The notes under the pieces were generated by a model. That model did not search any database and was not told where the DNA came from. It saw nothing but the letters and a program-made list of their open reading frames with translations. Shown in pieces: positions 20,206 through 30,126 of a stretch of 64,000 nt of DNA; within the stretch, counting starts at the first letter, position 1, and every line of letters starts with the position of its first letter. Source of the DNA: a virus. Lineage: Duplodnaviria > Caudoviricetes. The stretch lies in IMG/VR virus record IMGVR_UViG_3300028833_000053; one strand, given 5' to 3'. The position numbers and the translations under genes are program-made.

Positions 20206-21147
20206 ATGAGTAAGAAGAGCAAGAAGCGCAATGGCGAGAAGTACATCAAGTGCGTCGAGACCATACCCCCGGAGGAATATGAGAAGATTCCCATTTTCCA
20301 GAGCATCATGCAGCTCTACCATGAATACAAGCCCCAACATTGCAAGGGCGATGACTTGAACTTCGTGTTCCAATTTGGCAATGACGTGAAGGAGCATGAG
20401 TTCCGCGAGATTTGCTGCAGTCCAAATGTTTTCAAGGACAGTTGGAGTTATGCCACCGTCTTGATGGGGGTGAAGTTGATTTACTCCGATGGGACGTGGG
20501 AGTATGGCTTCAAGTATTGGAAAGAGAGGGGCATTGTCCAACGCAAGAATTCCGTCCTTCGTTCCCTGTACACCCTCTCAGGTGTCATAAACGAGGAAAG
20601 AAAGGTCTTGGAGGACTGCATGGGATATGACGGCGACACCAGGATTCCTGCGTGGATTCAAGCCATGATTCCCATGTACAACGAGCGCATACGCGATGGT
20701 GTGCAGAACAAGGACAAGTCCATTGAGACGGATGACTACACCCTTTCAGATTTCGCCAAACTGTGCGACACAATTGATTCAAGTTTCGTCACCGAGAACG
20801 CGAAGTACCAGGAAGTTGAGTTGAAAACGGGCAATGTGAAGATGCCCATTGGTCTGTCCTTCAACAAGCAGGACTGGTGGGTTCCGCTCACAACAACTTG
20901 GAAGGACAAGATTTGCATCAACGAATGGGGGGAGGCTTCCACTATGATTGACCATACGCAGGTTATGGTGAACGCCTACCGCTACCTTAAGTCAATTTAC
21001 GTTGACCGCGAGACGCATCGGCGAGTCTATAGCGTGTTTCCCCTGTCGGACCTTTTTTCCATCAGGAAGCGCATTTGGGGAGAAAAGGGGCGCGAGTTTG
21101 AGGAAGTTTGGAACAACCTTGACCAGGCCGTAGCGGGGAATCTGTGA
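20206..21147 (+). CDS. Hypothetical protein, paralog of the next gene
   Basis: Shares YxDGTxEY, RYLKS and EVWNxLD with 21144-22028. Confidence 0.7.
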   Translation: MSKKSKKRNGEKYIKCVETIPPEEYEKIPIFQSIMQLYHEYKPQHCKGDDLNFVFQFGNDVKEHEFREICCSPNVFKDSWSYATVLMGVKLIYSDGTWEYGFKYWKERGIVQRKNSVLRSLYTLSGVINEERKVLEDCMGYDGDTRIPAWIQAMIPMYNERIRDGVQNKDKSIETDDYTLSDFAKLCDTIDSSFVTENAKYQEVELKTGNVKMPIGLSFNKQDWWVPLTTTWKDKICINEWGEASTMIDHTQVMVNAYRYLKSIYVDRETHRRVYSVFPLSDLFSIRKRIWGEKGREFEEVWNNLDQAVAGNL

Positions 21148-22028
21148 TGGCGAAGTTCAAATCCATAGCGCATATCAAGGACATAGACCTTGGGCATGAG
21201 TTCAAGTCGCCCTTGATGAACAGCATCGTCGAGAAGGTTGGCTGCCGGGACAATGCAACTCAATTCACTTTCCGTTTCATGGAGGATGGAGAGTTCGTGG
21301 AGCGGGTGGTACGCAGTTTCCACACCTATCCTCAGTATCTCCCATGGGCTACCAGACGTTTTGGAACTTGCGATATGATGTCTCCCGTCATAATCCAATA
21401 CAAGGATGGCACCGAGGAATACGCCTTGAAGGAAACCTACAAGCGGAAAATCTACAAAAAGCCCAAGTTGGTGTCTGCATACATACACGATGGTCTGTGG
21501 AACGGCATGATGAATAAGTGGGTGAATCCACAGTCTGTTTATTGCGACTCATATCCTGTTCCAGAGGTTATGGAGAAAATGTCGCGTTGGAATGAGAGGG
21601 TTGAACGTGCCATGGTAAGTGGGGATGACCCAGCCATAGAGGGACGTACTGGCTGCTCTTATGAATTGCTCAAAACCATGAGCTGGTGGATGCTGGCGGA
21701 TTCCCGTGGCAGGGGAACGGGATGCATTGAGTATGACACGAAGAACCCCGATCCATTTTGTAAAGTACGGGTTGAAAGGCGCAGATACCTCGGCGCTCCG
21801 AAGGAAAACCACCTTTGGGACGGTTACCCTCCCGTGTTCACGACGATGATACGGAGACGTTATTTGAAGTCATTTTACAGGGAGGTTGTGGAGGAGAAGC
21901 AGGCTATTAGGCTTCACCACATAGACGATCTTCTGAACGTGGAGATTGGTGGACGCTATCAGGAGGAGGAACCGCTGGAGGTCTGGAATTCCCTTGATGC
22001 CACCATACACGAGGGTGTTTACGAATGA
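21144..22028 (+). CDS. Hypothetical protein, paralog of the previous gene
   Basis: YKDGTEEY, RYLKSFY, EVWNSLD. Confidence 0.7.
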   Translation: MMAKFKSIAHIKDIDLGHEFKSPLMNSIVEKVGCRDNATQFTFRFMEDGEFVERVVRSFHTYPQYLPWATRRFGTCDMMSPVIIQYKDGTEEYALKETYKRKIYKKPKLVSAYIHDGLWNGMMNKWVNPQSVYCDSYPVPEVMEKMSRWNERVERAMVSGDDPAIEGRTGCSYELLKTMSWWMLADSRGRGTGCIEYDTKNPDPFCKVRVERRRYLGAPKENHLWDGYPPVFTTMIRRRYLKSFYREVVEEKQAIRLHHIDDLLNVEIGGRYQEEEPLEVWNSLDATIHEGVYE

Positions 22029-22769
22029 GCCAAAAACTGGTATACTGTATTGGATAAACCATCAAGGAGAAAGAAAAGGCATGAAATTGTTTGACGAGTT
22101 CAAGGTTCAGAAGCCGGAAAGCCAATCCGAACACTACGAACTGTACGTGGAGGGTGATTGGAACGATGCCGACTACGTGAACAGGAAGGAGAGAATCGAG
22201 AAGGATGTCCTTGAGAACGATGACTACCTTCTCTACTTCATTTCCTACATTTCCACATGGAGTGGGTGCAGGTGGGGCGCAGAGGACAAGAGGTTCAACG
22301 AGACGGATGACTGGAAGAAGTTCTTCGAGGATTCCGACATCGGATGGGATTACCTGCCAAGCGGATATGATTGCTCCATCCACACGGTGACCAAGGTGAA
22401 ACTTGAATTCGTCTCCGGAACAACCCGCTACCCGGTCAGCGTCCCAAGTTGGGGTTGTTTGTTCAAGGGCAAGGACGACAAGGAAAAGAAAGTGCTTGAA
22501 GCGAAAGAGAAGGACGAAAATGGAGAATACTGAAATGGAAGACGAGAAGATAACTTCTCCCATCAAGGCTATACGAGCCAAGTGTCTGGATTGTTGCTGC
22601 GACCAGCGCGATGAGGTGAAACTTTGCCCCGCAACAACGTGTCCCCTGTGGCCGTTCCGAATGGGCAAGAACCCCAACCGTTCGCGCAACATGACGGACG
22701 AGCAGCGTCAGGCCGCCAAGGAGCGTCTGGCAAAGGCAAGGGCCGCCAAGAAAAATTCTTGATACCCTC

Positions 22770-22798
22770 TTGACATCCGAACCAAGGTTTGATATACT
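22770..22798 (+). promoter_or_regulatory. Sigma70-like promoter
   Basis: TTGACA-N17-TATACT, TG extended. Confidence 0.75.
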
Positions 22799-22829
22799 GA
22801 TTGCGTTTTGAAAAACAACCAATAGGAGA

Positions 22830-23582
22830 ATGAAACCAATGGACGAAATCTGGAAATCCGCACCAGTCCTGTGCGAGTTGAAGCGGAGTTCAACTCCGCG
22901 AATCAGCAAAGTGCCGTGCGACAAGGCAACAGCTCTTGTTGAGAAGTGCTTTGACTACAAGTTCACCGGCGAGTCAAAGGTGTTTCCCTTTGAGGTTCCG
23001 AAGGAGTTGCTTGACCTGGATGTGAACATCATCCAAATCTACGGTCCCTCCGGCGCTGGCAAGTCCACTTTCCTCACTGCCTTCCAGAAGGCCGGCTGGC
23101 ATTTCCCCAAGAGGGAGTATGACAATTCCAAGTCAATCATTTCCAACTTCATTGAGAATCCCAAGGCCGGGTCGAGGGCGTTCAACGCAGTTGGTCTGCG
23201 TTCCAAGCCGCTTTGGTGCAAGCCGCGCAACGTCTTGTCCACCGGCGAGGGCTTCCGCGCCGACATGGCGTTGAACCTTGAATCAAACGTCATGATTGAC
23301 GAGTACACCTCCGTTATCAACCGCGAGGTTGCCAAGTCCGCTTCCTTCAGCATTGGGAAGCACGTCCGCAAGATGGGGTACAAGAACGTCATCCTTTGTG
23401 GTTGCCACAAGGACATTGTGGAGTACCTGAAGCCCGACATCCTTGTTGACCTTGAGACCGAGAAAGTCTATGACTTGCGAGGGTTCAGCCTGGGAAAAAC
23501 ATCGACCTCTCCTTCGAGCAAATTGAGGGCGCGGAGCGGAAGCGAGAGGTCTGGAAAATTTTTGCTCCGCATCACTATTTGA
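22830..23582 (+). CDS. ABC-type P-loop ATPase (0-frame part of a predicted ATPase-GNAT fusion)
   Basis: Walker A GPSGAGKST, signature LSTGE, Walker B VMIDEYTS, CH switch. Confidence 0.85.
   Translation: MKPMDEIWKSAPVLCELKRSSTPRISKVPCDKATALVEKCFDYKFTGESKVFPFEVPKELLDLDVNIIQIYGPSGAGKSTFLTAFQKAGWHFPKREYDNSKSIISNFIENPKAGSRAFNAVGLRSKPLWCKPRNVLSTGEGFRADMALNLESNVMIDEYTSVINREVAKSASFSIGKHVRKMGYKNVILCGCHKDIVEYLKPDILVDLETEKVYDLRGFSLGKTSTSPSSKLRARSGSERSGKFLLRITI
23492..23551 (+). promoter_or_regulatory. Predicted -1 programmed ribosomal frameshift site
   Basis: In-frame slippery heptamer G_GGA_AAA (23492-23498), 5-nt spacer, then stem GACCTCTC(23504)/GAGAGGTC(23544). Confidence 0.7.
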
Positions 23583-24265
23583 GCCACGGAATCAACCTTG
23601 GCGCGGATTGCTGGGTGTTGAAATGGGGTGATGCCCTTGTTGGGTTCTGTGCGGTCCGCGTCCACCCTTCGGGAACCATGAACTTCGCACGTTCCATCCA
23701 CAGGCTTGTCATTCTCCCCGACTTCCAGGGGCTGGGCGTTGGAACCCGTTTCCTTGAGGAGATTTGCAAGATCTACGTCAACCGTGGAATCAAGGTGCAT
23801 ATCCGCACGGCGCACGAAAGCCTGGGCATCCACATGGGACACACTCCCACATGGAGGGCAACGGGCAGGAATGGAAAGCAGGGCGCGATTTCCAATGGCA
23901 AGATCAACGGCAAGAACCAGAACATGTACATCGTGAACTCCACAAGGTATTCATACGAGTACATGGGCGAGGATTGGGCGTTGCCCCACAAGGAAATTGT
24001 TGTGGATTCGCTTTCCAACATCGACATCAACGAGATGCGCAAGATGCTTGTGGAGTTGAAGAAGCACAACTACGTCACGGTGGTGCATAGCCGTGTGCGT
24101 GAAACCACAGCGTTGAACAAGCTGTGTTGCGAACTTGGAATCCGCACCGAGCTGCTTTACCTCAACAACCACGAGAAATCCGTGTTGAATGGAAAGCACC
24201 GTGGGAAGATGAAGCTTGTTTCGCTGAAGCCTGGGCATAAGCCCGTCTACAGGAAGGTGGCGTGA
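23498..24265 (+). CDS. GNAT-family acetyltransferase (-1 frame), probably fused to the upstream ATPase
   Basis: Frame is open from 23474 with no ATG before WKIFAPHHYLSH; acetyl-CoA motif RLVILPDFQGLGVG. Confidence 0.8.
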   Translation, partial: NIDLSFEQIEGAERKREVWKIFAPHHYLSHGINLGADCWVLKWGDALVGFCAVRVHPSGTMNFARSIHRLVILPDFQGLGVGTRFLEEICKIYVNRGIKVHIRTAHESLGIHMGHTPTWRATGRNGKQGAISNGKINGKNQNMYIVNSTRYSYEYMGEDWALPHKEIVVDSLSNIDINEMRKMLVELKKHNYVTVVHSRVRETTALNKLCCELGIRTELLYLNNHEKSVLNGKHRGKMKLVSLKPGHKPVYRKVA

Positions 24266-24887
24266 TGCCATGCAGGTGTGGGAATTAACTGCCGACCTTA
24301 CACATCATCCATTGACTGAACCAGGAAAGAACTTCAGTGGGAAAACCGAGGTGAAAGTCGTTGTTGGGGAAAATGACTTGCCGATTGTCGAGTCAAAGTA
24401 TTCTCCCGAAAATGACACGTTGTATTTGATAGCAAAGGTGGTGTAAAAGATGATGACCATAAAAGACGCAAAGAAAATTCTTGACGAGTTCGACGACAAC
24501 TACAACATGCCCGTACTGGGCAGGTTGTTTGAGGACTACAACCCCTATCTTGTGTCGGACGATTTCTACCTCTTCATGCGGGACATGAACTCCAAGGACT
24601 TAACCCTTGCGGAAATTTATGGTCATCTTGCCAACCTTGGTGACACGCAGGACGATCTTGGTCCGCATTTCATCCACAACCTTTGGGTGTTGATTGAGGC
24701 TCTGCAGAAACTTGATGAGAGGAAAGGAGACAGCAAATGACATTGGCCGCAGTTATCGTTTGGACAATTGGCGATATACTCGCTTTGGGCATTCTTGCCG
24801 TAATTGCGTTGCTCCTGGTTTGCTGCCTTGTCAAGGAACTTGCTTGCAGTGCGTGGAACAAGATAAAGGGAATGTTTGGGAGGGACA

Positions 24888-25376
24888 ATGAAAGTTCTGT
24901 TTCTTGACATAGACGGGGTTCTCAATTGCATGTGTCCTGCGCCTTTGCAGGACAACAACGATTGGATTGACCTTGACGAGTGGCGTTACGGGTTCAATCC
25001 AGATCTTGTGGCGAGGCTCCGCTATGTCATTGCGAACACGGACTGCAAGATTGTCATATCCTCATCGTGGAGACACCACGTCAACTATGCCCCATACCGG
25101 CCCGACATGAACTGGCGTGACGTGTTGGCTGAAAAGTTGAGGCGCACAAGGGATGAAATCATCGTCGGCGAGACCCCATCCGATCCAAAGGGTCAGAGGG
25201 GAAGGGAAATAGCGGAGTGGCTCAAGACGCATGAGGTTGAAACGTTTTGCGTTGTTGACGATGAAGTGGTTGACATTCTTCCATACATTGAAAATGCCAA
25301 TGTTGTCAAGACGGACATGACAATCGGCTTGACAATTGAGGATGCAAGGCGTATAATAAATGTGTTGAACAGATAA
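24888..25376 (+). CDS. HAD-superfamily protein (RNA-repair 'Swiss Army Knife' type)
   Basis: VLFLDIDGVLN, IVISSSWR, RGREIAEWL, VVDDE. Confidence 0.8.
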   Translation: MKVLFLDIDGVLNCMCPAPLQDNNDWIDLDEWRYGFNPDLVARLRYVIANTDCKIVISSSWRHHVNYAPYRPDMNWRDVLAEKLRRTRDEIIVGETPSDPKGQRGREIAEWLKTHEVETFCVVDDEVVDILPYIENANVVKTDMTIGLTIEDARRIINVLNR

Positions 25377-25663
25377 GAAAGACAAAGGAGACACAGAATG
25401 AAAACTGAATTGCCGAAGGTTGAGAGAATGACAGACCGCGAGAAGAAGGTGGTTGAATGGGCGTTCAACTTCGCACATTCCATTGTGGCGGGCGACTTCG
25501 GTCTGCCCAGTCCCATGTGCTATACCATGAACAACCTACAGGACGCCGTACATGCCTTGGCGGACGAACGTGGAATGACTGTTGAAGATGGATGCTCCAC
25601 GGACTACCTTGCGTTCAACCGAGGGTATTGGGATGGTGTTGAGGAAAGGTTGAGGGGAAAGAA

Positions 25664-25978
25664 ATGAAACTCTATCACGTCACCAATCCAGAGAACGTAG
25701 ATTCCATTTTGAAGAATGGTTTGTTGCGTTGCCATGGGGATCATAAATCCTCTTTCATCTGCTTGTCGGAAGATCCAGACAGTTGGATTCACGAAGGGCT
25801 TGTCTTACTGGAGGTTGACGTTGATGGGTTGAAATGCAGAATGACAACTTGGAAGTATGATCAAGAGTACCCGATTGACGAGGTTTGTGTTTGGGGTGAC
25901 ATTCTCCCGGAGAGAATAAAGGCAGTGAATTTGGAGAACAAAAATGACAAGACAGGAAGCGAACAGGCAGATAGTTGA
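25664..25978 (+). CDS. Small ART-fold-like protein
   Basis: LYHVT...SILKNGL...ICLS...LLEVD...GDILPERI. Confidence 0.5.
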   Translation: MKLYHVTNPENVDSILKNGLLRCHGDHKSSFICLSEDPDSWIHEGLVLLEVDVDGLKCRMTTWKYDQEYPIDEVCVWGDILPERIKAVNLENKNDKTGSEQADS

Positions 25979-26783
25979 GGCTATCAAGGACATGGTTGAA
26001 CTTTATCCCGACATGAGGTTTCACCAACTTCTTCAGAACATGGGGGTTGAGCAACCTGTGATTGACCAGTGGTACGAGGAATCGGATGAGACTTTGTGCA
26101 ACATGAAGAAAGGGATGAAGCTATGAGCGAGAAAATTGAACTGGAAAAGACGATAGTGAGAATGGGTGCGTCCCCGTGTTTTGGCATCATCCACTATAAC
26201 GAGGACAATGACACCAATGAATACTTCGCGGGGTTTTTCAATGAAGTGGAGTGCATTGGGACGGAGGAAGAGTGCCAGTGCTGGGAAATGGAGGAATGGG
26301 TGGACAACCAGGACGTCGCCCTTTTCTTCTCCACGCCAGACGAGGCAAAGGCATGGCTTGCGAACATTGATGAGGAAAAGCAGCCCAACTGCAAAATCAT
26401 GTTGTATGGGTATTGCGAAAAGCCAGGATTTGACGGTTGCCACTATTTTCCGTTGAAGGAGTTCAAGGTATGACGAATTTTCAGCCATTCAAGGACAAGA
26501 TTTGGGAGACCGCCCGTGATGGGGACAAGTCCGAGTTTGACCGTGCCTGCGAAGACCTAATGAAGAAGGCCGTTGAAGATTTATTCAGAGTTGGGTGGAA
26601 CATCTATCCCCAGAAGATTGAGGATGTCTATGAACTTCTGGACAACGTGGCCGAGTGGTCTCACGAAAGGTGGAAAGAAGCCATGGAGTGCGGTGACGCT
26701 CCCTATGAGGACGTTTCACCCGGTGAGGGGTTTCTGCTAGTCAAGAAGGTGATTCAGGAAGCCATCGGTGGCAAGAAAGAGGA

Positions 26784-27425
26784 ATGAGCAGGTTTTGGGT
26801 ATATTTCAAGCGGATATTCAACATCCAGATTCAGGAGAACCAGGGCTTTCTCCTGTTTTCTTCTGCAATTTCCGGTTTGATATACACCTATTCCAATCCA
26901 CCCATAGTCAAGGAAATCATATCCAAGCTGCCGGCCCAGTACATTTCGTTTGAGGGTGCGTGGTTCTGCATGTCCGCTCTCGTCATTGGCGCGATATGGA
27001 AGAACAAGACAAGGGAATTCGCCATGAAGTTCTTTACATGGCTTGCATTGACGGAATCCCTTGGAAGTTTTCTTCTTTCAATCTACCTTGTGTTCGTCAG
27101 CTACAACGTGTGGGTGTTTGCAATTTTGACTTTGCTTTACGCCAGCATTGTCACCACGTTCATCGGCAAGTGCATAATGATGTTCCAGTCAAAGTTGTGG
27201 AACGGCAAGGAGAGGGAAATGTACGACAACACCGCGTCCATATTCAGAAACGGTGTTGCGATGGTTGGATTTGCCCTTGCCATAATAGCCATGCCATCCT
27301 TGAACAATGCGATTCTGCTATGGGGAATTGGATGCGTGTTCGACGACATCGGGTGGATAATAGTGTATAATAGAACTAGGGAGAGATTGATTGAACTGGG
27401 AGTGAATGAAGATGAGTCAGCTTAA
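26784..27425 (+). CDS. Multi-pass membrane protein
   Basis: About 6 hydrophobic segments. Confidence 0.65.
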   Translation: MSRFWVYFKRIFNIQIQENQGFLLFSSAISGLIYTYSNPPIVKEIISKLPAQYISFEGAWFCMSALVIGAIWKNKTREFAMKFFTWLALTESLGSFLLSIYLVFVSYNVWVFAILTLLYASIVTTFIGKCIMMFQSKLWNGKEREMYDNTASIFRNGVAMVGFALAIIAMPSLNNAILLWGIGCVFDDIGWIIVYNRTRERLIELGVNEDESA

Positions 27426-28389
27426 GATTAAAGACGGGATTTTGTGCGTCAAGGATTTCAACAAGACCAACAAGAAAATGGAAACGGGTGACGATGGAAT
27501 AGTCTACTGCAACTACATTCCAATGACGCTTTCGGAAGAGGAATGGAAGAAGCGAGAGAGGGAGTTCCGAGCCAACAAGACCTATGCGAAGGTTTCCTTG
27601 CAGCACCCAAATCCCAGATACCGTGGGAAGCGCGGAATCATCTGGGAGACATACTTTCTCAATGGGAACGAGCAGTGTCTGCTTGAAATCGAGACGGTGA
27701 ACACAGTTAGCGAAGATGGATTTTCCACCTTGGTTGGTGTAGTGTATCCAAATGGCTACAACAAGATTTGGTTCCCGAAAGCCATACTGGAGAATTTCGA
27801 GAAGTACGATGAAAATGGAGACTTGGTGAAATGAACGTAGGTGAATTGAAAGAGGCGTTGAAGGTCGCGCCCGACGATATGCTTGTCAAGGTGTGCGTGA
27901 ACACTCCAGCGGGCTGGATTTGTCCAGATGGGTGCGCGATTGGCGTAAAGGCCGTCCATCATGGAATTGACTGGCATACGCACGAAATTTTGATTGTACC
28001 TGAATTCATGCTGGACATCCACGATGTTGAGGCTTGGGGAAAACCCGTGAAGGAGGAAGGTTGAACATGGAAACGGACTATGCGTACTACCAGGTCATGC
28101 GAAGCAGGAACAACGGTGACTTTTGGTCTAACTTGACTTCCGGGCAGGAATTGGATTGGGATGCGGCCAATTACTTTATGGACAAGGAACGGGAGAAGCA
28201 TCCATCCGACTGGTTGAGGTTGGTGAAGGTTCAAGCGACAACCATCAGGGACTACACGGGCAACGAGAAGAAGAAAAAGGACGTGTTCATGAATGGCATG
28301 ACCGCAGAGGAATACATCCGGAAAATCGAGGAAGCCCACGAAATCTCAAAGGGAAGCCAGTTGCGCTTTAAGTAAGAAAGGAAACTGAA

Positions 28390-28710
28390 ATGAATATTGA
28401 ATGGAAAGACGTTAAGGGAATCGTGTACGATCAGATGATTGAGTACATGAAGATGTTTTTGTATGAACAGAATTGCCCTGAGACTTGGAACCAGATAAGC
28501 GCGGGCTTGCATTGCATTGTTGCGACCTACAAGAAGAATGGAATCATTGCCGACTATATCGTGAAGTGCGATGACACGATTAACACCAATGAGGTGATTG
28601 ACAACAACGAGTTCCATTGCGTTTTGGGGTGGAAGGTCAATGCCACCGACGAGTTCACTCTTGTGAATTTTGTACTTTCCCCTGGTGGAATTTACGTAAA
28701 CGTCATTTGA
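28390..28710 (+). CDS. Stand-alone protein resembling the tail sheath C-terminal domain
   Basis: FLYEQNCPETWNQI...GIIADYIVKCDDTINTNEVIDNNEF. Confidence 0.55.
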   Translation: MNIEWKDVKGIVYDQMIEYMKMFLYEQNCPETWNQISAGLHCIVATYKKNGIIADYIVKCDDTINTNEVIDNNEFHCVLGWKVNATDEFTLVNFVLSPGGIYVNVI

Positions 28711-29000
28711 GGTTCAGAACATGACAATGTGTCTTTGGGCATTGGGGTCCGTTCTATACGTTGCTGTCGCAGTGATGTGCTTCAGGTTCTTGCGTAAGAC
28801 GAAGCAGCACATTTCGGAGAGCAAGCATTATCGCCGTCATCCCGAACAAATGGAGGAATTTGGTGGAACAATCACCGACGTGGTTGTTTCCGCCCTCTGG
28901 CCGCTTCAGGTAATCGGCTTTTTGTTCTATGGAATGAAGGGGTGAACCCTGTACAAATTTGGGCGAAACTGGTATAATATGGGTGGAGAACATTTAAGAC

Positions 29001-30125
29001 ATGACTATTATCAGCAAGTACATTGACCCAGGGACAAAGAACCTTGCGATTGGCGAGGAAGATTGGACGGCGCTGAACGCGCAGTACGACAAGGATTTCA
29101 TAAAGGCTCAGATGATTGAGGAAATCCTTGGTGGCAACGTCAGGTTTCCCCACAACGACATAACCATTGAGGACGCCGCTGATGCGTTCCGCAAGTTGAT
29201 TGACTACAAGTGCCGGGATTTCCAAATCGGTCAGGTTATGACAAGGTACGAGTACCGCTATCCAATCGGCGACAAGTTCCTTGTTGACAGCACGGTTGGA
29301 AACGATGCCTCAAACTTCTTCCAGCAGGAGGCGCGTTCTTGGGCAAGTGGCCACGGAGACCCTTGTCCTCAGGACGTGTGGAAAAGCGAGAGGTACTTGA
29401 ACTCCGCCTTGAAGCCATTGTGGACGTTGAAGATGAAGAAGATAAACATGCACTCGTTCCATTCGGCGATTGCATTGAGAAGGTATTGGGCATCCCAGTT
29501 CCGTCCCGCTATGGCGAAGTCAATCTACGAGAAGTTCAACGCGGTTGACGTGCTTGACTTCAGCAGCGGTTGGGGTGACAGGCTTTGTGGATTTTACTCT
29601 TGCCAGAACACGCGCTCCTACATTGGCATCGACCCAAACAAGGCGGTCTATGACCAGTACTTCAAGCAGGTTGACTTGTACAAGACCATAATGCCCAACA
29701 AGACAACGACTTTCTACAATGCGCCCGCCGAGGAAGTCATACTTGAACCCGAAATCGTGGACACAGTTTTCACCTCACCGCCGTATTTCTGCGCCGAGAC
29801 CTATACTCAGGACGACACTCAGTCTTGGGTGAGATACAAGGAGCGCAACGATTGGCTCAAGGGCTTCATGTTCCCTACGTTGAACAACGTGTGGCGGGCG
29901 TTGAAGCCGGGTGGACATCTCATAGTGAACATTTCGGACGTCCACCGCAAGGGCAAGGTTCAACAGATTTGCGACCCGATGAACGAATACATCCGCGTCA
30001 TTCTCCACGGAACTCTGGTGGATTCGTTTGGGATGAAACTTGGTCAACGTCCGGCGTCTGGCGCGTACAAGGGAAAGACCGGCACTTGCGTGGAGCCGAT
30101 TTGGGCGTGGAGGAAAGAGGCTTGA
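29001..30125 (+). CDS. SAM-dependent DNA methyltransferase (amino-MTase type)
   Basis: VLDFSSGWGDRL, YIGIDPN, FTSPPYF, LKPGG. Confidence 0.85.
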   Translation: MTIISKYIDPGTKNLAIGEEDWTALNAQYDKDFIKAQMIEEILGGNVRFPHNDITIEDAADAFRKLIDYKCRDFQIGQVMTRYEYRYPIGDKFLVDSTVGNDASNFFQQEARSWASGHGDPCPQDVWKSERYLNSALKPLWTLKMKKINMHSFHSAIALRRYWASQFRPAMAKSIYEKFNAVDVLDFSSGWGDRLCGFYSCQNTRSYIGIDPNKAVYDQYFKQVDLYKTIMPNKTTTFYNAPAEEVILEPEIVDTVFTSPPYFCAETYTQDDTQSWVRYKERNDWLKGFMFPTLNNVWRALKPGGHLIVNISDVHRKGKVQQICDPMNEYIRVILHGTLVDSFGMKLGQRPASGAYKGKTGTCVEPIWAWRKEA

Positions 30126-30126
30126 T

